This document shows positions 58,689 to 64,000 of a DNA stretch of 64,000 bases, one piece after another; positions within the stretch are counted from its first letter, which is position 1, and each line of letters begins with the position of its first letter. The notes under the pieces were generated by a model that was given only the letters and a program-made list of their open reading frames with translations, ran no database searches and was not told the origin of the DNA. This stretch comes from Eledone cirrhosa (taxonomy: Eukaryota), in assembly GCA_964016885.1 (NCBI GenBank), contig OZ024745.1, positions 90,520,001 to 90,584,000 on the forward strand. The letters are read 5' to 3'. Both the position numbers and the translations under genes were made by a program.

Positions 58689-60838
58689 ATCAGCACCATC
58701 ATCACTAACATTACAACCATAACAAAAACATTAATAACTCGACACGCCGCTACCAGTACAATCATTAACACCCAACGCCATCACCACCACTATCATCACC
58801 ATCAACATCATCACCATCACCATCACTATAAGCCACCACTGTAACCATCATCACCACCACTATCATCATCATTACCTCCACCATCACCATCACCACGAGT
58901 ATCACTACCACCAACACTATCACCATCAATAATATTGTCACCATCACCATCATCACCACCACCACCACTATCACCATCATCACCACCACCATCACTATAA
59001 GCCACCACCACCATCACCACCACCACCACCAACAACATCCCCACCACCACCATCAACAACATCACCACCACCACCACCACCACCACCATCAACAACATCA
59101 CCACCACCACTACCATCACCACCACCACCATCAACAACACCATCACCACCATCACTAAAAGCCACCGACATGAAGCCACCACTATAACCACCACCACCAT
59201 CACTACCATCACCACTACTACCATCACTACCACCACCACCACCATCACCACCATCACCACAACCATCACTACCACCACCACCAACATCACCACCACCACC
59301 TCCACCATCACCACCACCACCATCACCATCACTACCATCACCACCACTACCATCACCACCACCATCACCATCACCACCACCACCACCACTACCATCACCA
59401 CCATCACCACCATCACCATCACTACCATCACCACCACCACCATCACCACTACCATCATCATCACCACCATCACCACCACCATCACCACCATCACTACCAC
59501 CACTACCACTACCATCACCACCACCACCATCACTACCACCATCACTACCATCACCACCACCACCATCACCACTACCATCATCATCACCACCATCACCACC
59601 ACCATCACCACCACCACCATCACCACCACCATCACTACCACCACCACCATCACCACCATCACCATCACTACCATCACCACCACTACCATCACCACCACTA
59701 CCATCACCACCACCACCATCACTACCATCACCACCACCACCATCACCACCACCATCACTACCACCACTACCATCACCACCACTACCATCACCACCACCAC
59801 CATCACCACCACTACCACCACCACCACCACCACCACCACCACTACCATCACCACCACTACCATCACCACCACCACGACCACCACCACCACCACCACCACC
59901 ACCATCATCACCACCATCACCACCACTACCATCACCACCACTACCACCACCACCACCACCATCACTACCATCACCACCACTACCATCACCACCACTAACA
60001 TCACCACCACTACCACCACCACCACCACCATCACTACCATCACCACCACTACCATCACCACCACTACCATCACTACCACTATCACTACCACTACCATCAC
60101 CACCACTATCACTACCATCACCACCACTACCATCACCACCACTAACATCACCACCACTACCATCACCACCACCATCACTACCATCACCACCACTACCATC
60201 ACCACCACTACCATCACTACCACTATCACTACCACTACCATCACCACCACTACCACCACCATCACTACCATCACCACCACTACCATCACCACCACCATCA
60301 CTACCATCACCACCATCACCACCACCATCACTACCATCACTACCATCACCACCACCACCATCACCACCACCATCATCACCACCACCATCACTACCACCAC
60401 CACCACTACCATCACCACCACTACCACCACCACCACTATCACCACCACTACCATCACCACCACTACCATCACCACCATCACCACCACCATCACCACCACC
60501 ATCACTACCATCACCACCACTATCACTACCATCACCACCACTACCACCACCATCACTACCATCACCACCACTACCATCACCACCACCATCACTACCATCA
60601 CCACCACCACCATCACCACCACTATCACCATCATCACTACCATCACCACCACTACCACCACCATCACTACCATCACCACCACCATCACCACCACCATCAC
60701 CACCATCACTACCATCACCACCACCATCACTACCATCACCACCACCACCATCACCACCACCATCACTACCACTACCATCACCACCACCACCACCAGCATC
60801 ACTAAAAGCCACCGACATGAAGCCATCACTATCACCAA
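58689..60838. repeat. (CAC/CAT/TAC)n trinucleotide array
   Basis: Seen directly; produces the poly-V/M and poly-G/D pseudo-ORFs. Confidence 0.95.
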
Positions 60839-60965
60839 TATAATCAGACAATAGCTATTCAATTGAATCAATATGTAACTTCGATTCTACTGTTAACACT
60901 TCAACAATAAAGACTTACTGAATTCAGTCCCAGCTGCTATTTTACCACGTTATAATAGTGAGAGA

Positions 60966-61080
60966 GGGCGTATGGCTTAGTGGTTAGGGTCTTCATCTCA
61001 AGATCGTAAGGCCGTGTGTTTGATTCTCAGCGAATTGTGTCCTTGAGCATGACACTTTATTCACGTTGTTCCAGTCCACT
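60966..61080 (+). mobile_element. SINE family B head (further pieces 61420-61662, 63817-63965)
   Basis: GGCGTATGGCTTAGTGGTTAGG..TGTCCTTGAGCA. Confidence 0.75.
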
Positions 61081-61132
61081 TTTTCTTATTCTTTTATGCT
61101 TTCTATTTTATATTTTTAAGACGCACACTATC

Positions 61133-61204
<72 letters not shown>

Positions 61205-61307
61205 CATGCGTGCGTGCGTGTGTGTGTAAAGTAAACAGAAATAACAATACAATCAGTACAGTATATGGAAGGAACATAGGTTAACGTTTAAAATAGCAGG
61301 AAGAGGG

Positions 61308-61343
61308 TCTTAACGTTTCGTACGCTAGTCCTTCATCAGAAGA
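61308..61343 (-). ncRNA. Solo minimal hammerhead motif
   Basis: TCTT-CTGATGA-aggactagcgtac-GAAA-CG-TT-AAGA; stem II imperfect. Confidence 0.6.
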
Positions 61344-61990
61344 AAGAATGAGAATAGATAGATTGAAGGGGCGGGCGGGTTGAATTGGAAAAAACTTTTT
61401 AGAGAAAAATAACAGGTCCATTGAAGACACTTTATTTTACGTTGCTCCAGTTTTACTCGGCTGTAGAAATGTGTTGCGATGTCACTGGTGCCAAGCTGTA
61501 TCGGCCACTACCTTTCCTTTGGACAACATTGGTGGCGTGGAGAGGGGAGATTGGTAGGCGACTGCTGGTCTTCCACAAACAACCTTGCTCGGAGTTATAC
61601 CTCGGGGAACTTTCTAGATACAAATCCCATGGTCATTCGTAACAGAATGGGGTCTTTACCCTTATCGTCACTACTTCACTCTTGGGGATGAGAAAGTAAT
61701 GGCAGCTGAGATAAGAAATCTCAAAGCATAAATATGATAAATTTAATGTGATGAAGAATTATTAATTAACTAAACCATTATCAGGCTCTGGCTGGTTCTA
61801 ATTTAATCAACAAGTCTTTTGGGGAATGATAGCTTGAAAAGAAGTGCATAAATTAGAGTTTGTTTGATTACCATAACATTTATATTAAAACGGAAAATTT
61901 ATATCAACTATAAACTTCTATAACATAGACACTTGTATTTCATTTTACACCTGCCATTCTCTCAGAATTATTTATATGATTGTATGTAAA

Positions 61991-62300
61991 TTGGCAGAGT
62001 TGTTAGAACGTCGGATAGCATGCTTTGTAGTATTTATTTCGGCTTTCTACTCTGTGAGTTCAAATCCCACCGAGGTCAACTTTACAGCCATTCAAGGTTG
62101 ATAAAAAAAAAGTACCAGTCTAGTACTGGAGGGTGATTCTTCCTCTATATCTCTTTCTCTCTCTCTTTTTTTTTTCTCTGGAAGAAATCTGCTGTATTCA
62201 GACCTGGAGAGAAGGTGGACTCCACCATGTTTTAAAAGTACCCTAGAAACGCCGTATGTTAATACAGCGCCCCCTACGACTCTCTCGGGAGTTACGGGAC
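61991..62300 (+). mobile_element. Old SINE family A with 3' extension
   Basis: GAGTTCAAATCCCACCGAGGTCAAC; extension shared with 11040 and 45230. Confidence 0.6.
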
Positions 62301-62879
62301 TATGCCTGCATGTTGTCCAATTATGTATATAGATCAGCATGATAGCTTAAAATTATGTTTACAGTGATAACATTCTGTACGTCAATAGCAAAGGTGCGCT
62401 TGGCTCAGGAAGCGGATCTAATCCTCGGGATATTTCTCACTGAAAGTGGGTCCAATAGCTGTAAGCTGTCCTACAAACCTGTTCTACATATGTAATATAA
62501 GCCAATAAGGTAACCTCTACGTGGTGTTGTGGACTACTAGAAATAGCATATAAATCTACCTCATACATGTATAAAAAAGAAAGGAGAACCTAGTCTCTAA
62601 TAATTCATGGCATTTATAGTTCTTTCCTTTACTTTCCTATACAGCCAGATCTGCTCCCTTATTTTTCCATTACTTAATTTTGTTTTTATCCTTTTTAATA
62701 TTTCTCATCATTGTATAACTTTTGTCTGTAAAATACTTTTAGAAAATACTCAAGAATTTGAAGGGGATTATTAATATAGCTAACTTACTCATTATAAGCT
62801 GGTGTTTGAAACATGAAATATGACAGACTGTTTTTATATAACTATAAATACTTTAACCCTTTCGTTACCATATTTCAAT

Positions 62880-63100
62880 GGGACTTCTGGTGTCTTTGGC
62901 CCTACTCACCACCATAGGCGCTGAGCTGGCCAGCCGCAGGTGTGAGCCTCGCGAGTTGGAATGACTCTTCCAGCGCATCTTCCTTACTATCATCCGAGGA
63001 AACGCCTTCTCCATTCTGTCCGCCGAGGCTGTGGGGAGGCCAGCACGTGGGACCCCATTTGCTCACCATACGGGGAGATGGGGAGGGCGAGAGAGATAGA
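62880..63100 (+). mobile_element. CRE-clade LINE 3' fragment, second copy
   Basis: GTSGVFGP..IGAELASRRCEPRELE*LFQRIFLTIIRGNAFSIL. Confidence 0.7.
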
Positions 63101-64000
63101 GGCGATGACAGTGGGAGTTAGGCTCTTCCACGTTCGGACCATATCCTTGTGGTTGTGTTCATTAAGCAGTTAATGAGTCTGTTTATGTATAGCCTCTCTA
63201 ACTAGAGACTCTGAAGTTGCCAAAGAAAGTGAACTTTTCTAATTTAAAAAAAAACAGTTTATGACAAAAAAAAGTTATTAGCTTGATAATTAACCAGTTG
63301 GGTAGTCTTAGCAGAAATAACTTTGATGAGATATCTTCTCAATCAGGACTAGTCTAGGTTTGAACAACATGAAGACAGTCTTTTGTAACTTCCCTGTAAC
63401 CTTATAACTCTATAATTATATGCACCAATGATTTAAGGGATCGTGCTCTACACACACACACATACATATTACAGGTATACTAGTAAACTTCCCACAAATA
63501 CACACAGACACACATACACACACATACACACACATACATATTACAGGTATACTCATAAACGTCTCACAAATACACAGGCACACACACATATCACAGGTAT
63601 ACTCATAAACTTCACACAAACACAAGCATACAGGCACACATACATATTACAGATATACTCATAAGCTTCTCACAAATACAAACATATATAGGCAAAGAAA
63701 AGCTGTTGATTCTACTGGACAAGTTCTCCATGGCTGCTTTGATGGGTCAACTAACTATACTTTTATATATCTGAATCTAAATACGAAATCATTTTTTCCC
63801 TTGTCCTATTATTCTCAATCATGAGGTTGCGATTTCGATTCCCAGACCGGGCGATGCGTTATGTCCTTGAGCAAGACACTTTATTTTGTGTTGCTCCTTC
63901 TGCCTGGAGTTGCGACCGACAGCTAGTACCAATGGAAACATTGTTTCCTCGGTCCGATTTGACAAGCTCCACTGCACGCGTTAAGCGAATGAGGTCTGGG

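Noticed and set aside
58826-60871. 681-aa poly-V/M and 618-aa Gly/Asp ORFs
   Set aside because: Translations of a trinucleotide array with no splice or codon evidence

Overview
This is AT-rich, microsatellite-saturated eukaryotic DNA; the SINE set and repeat style suggest a cephalopod (Octopus-like) genome, which is an inference. I cannot support any host gene, and nearly all long ORFs are translations of (TA)n, (TACA)n, (TG)n or (CAC)n arrays. The real content is mobile DNA: one open-ORF APE+RT (RTE-type) LINE, R4/Dong-like RLE LINEs, Tx1 and CRE fragments, a GIY-YIG Penelope-like element (PLE) with pseudo-LTRs, tRNA-SINEs, a Helitron-like element, a MITE, a solo LTR and a U6 snRNA/retroposon-tail chimera. 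The most striking signal is about ten mutually unrelated, non-coding inverted-repeat elements sitting in or beside (TA)n. Most carry intact or decayed minimal type-I hammerhead ribozyme (HHR) motifs with palindromic helix III, and the HHR sense strands always point outward. One is built from circularly permuted ~518-nt monomers, suggesting a retrozyme-like, PLE-mobilised RNA system. All folds were paired by eye, not computed.
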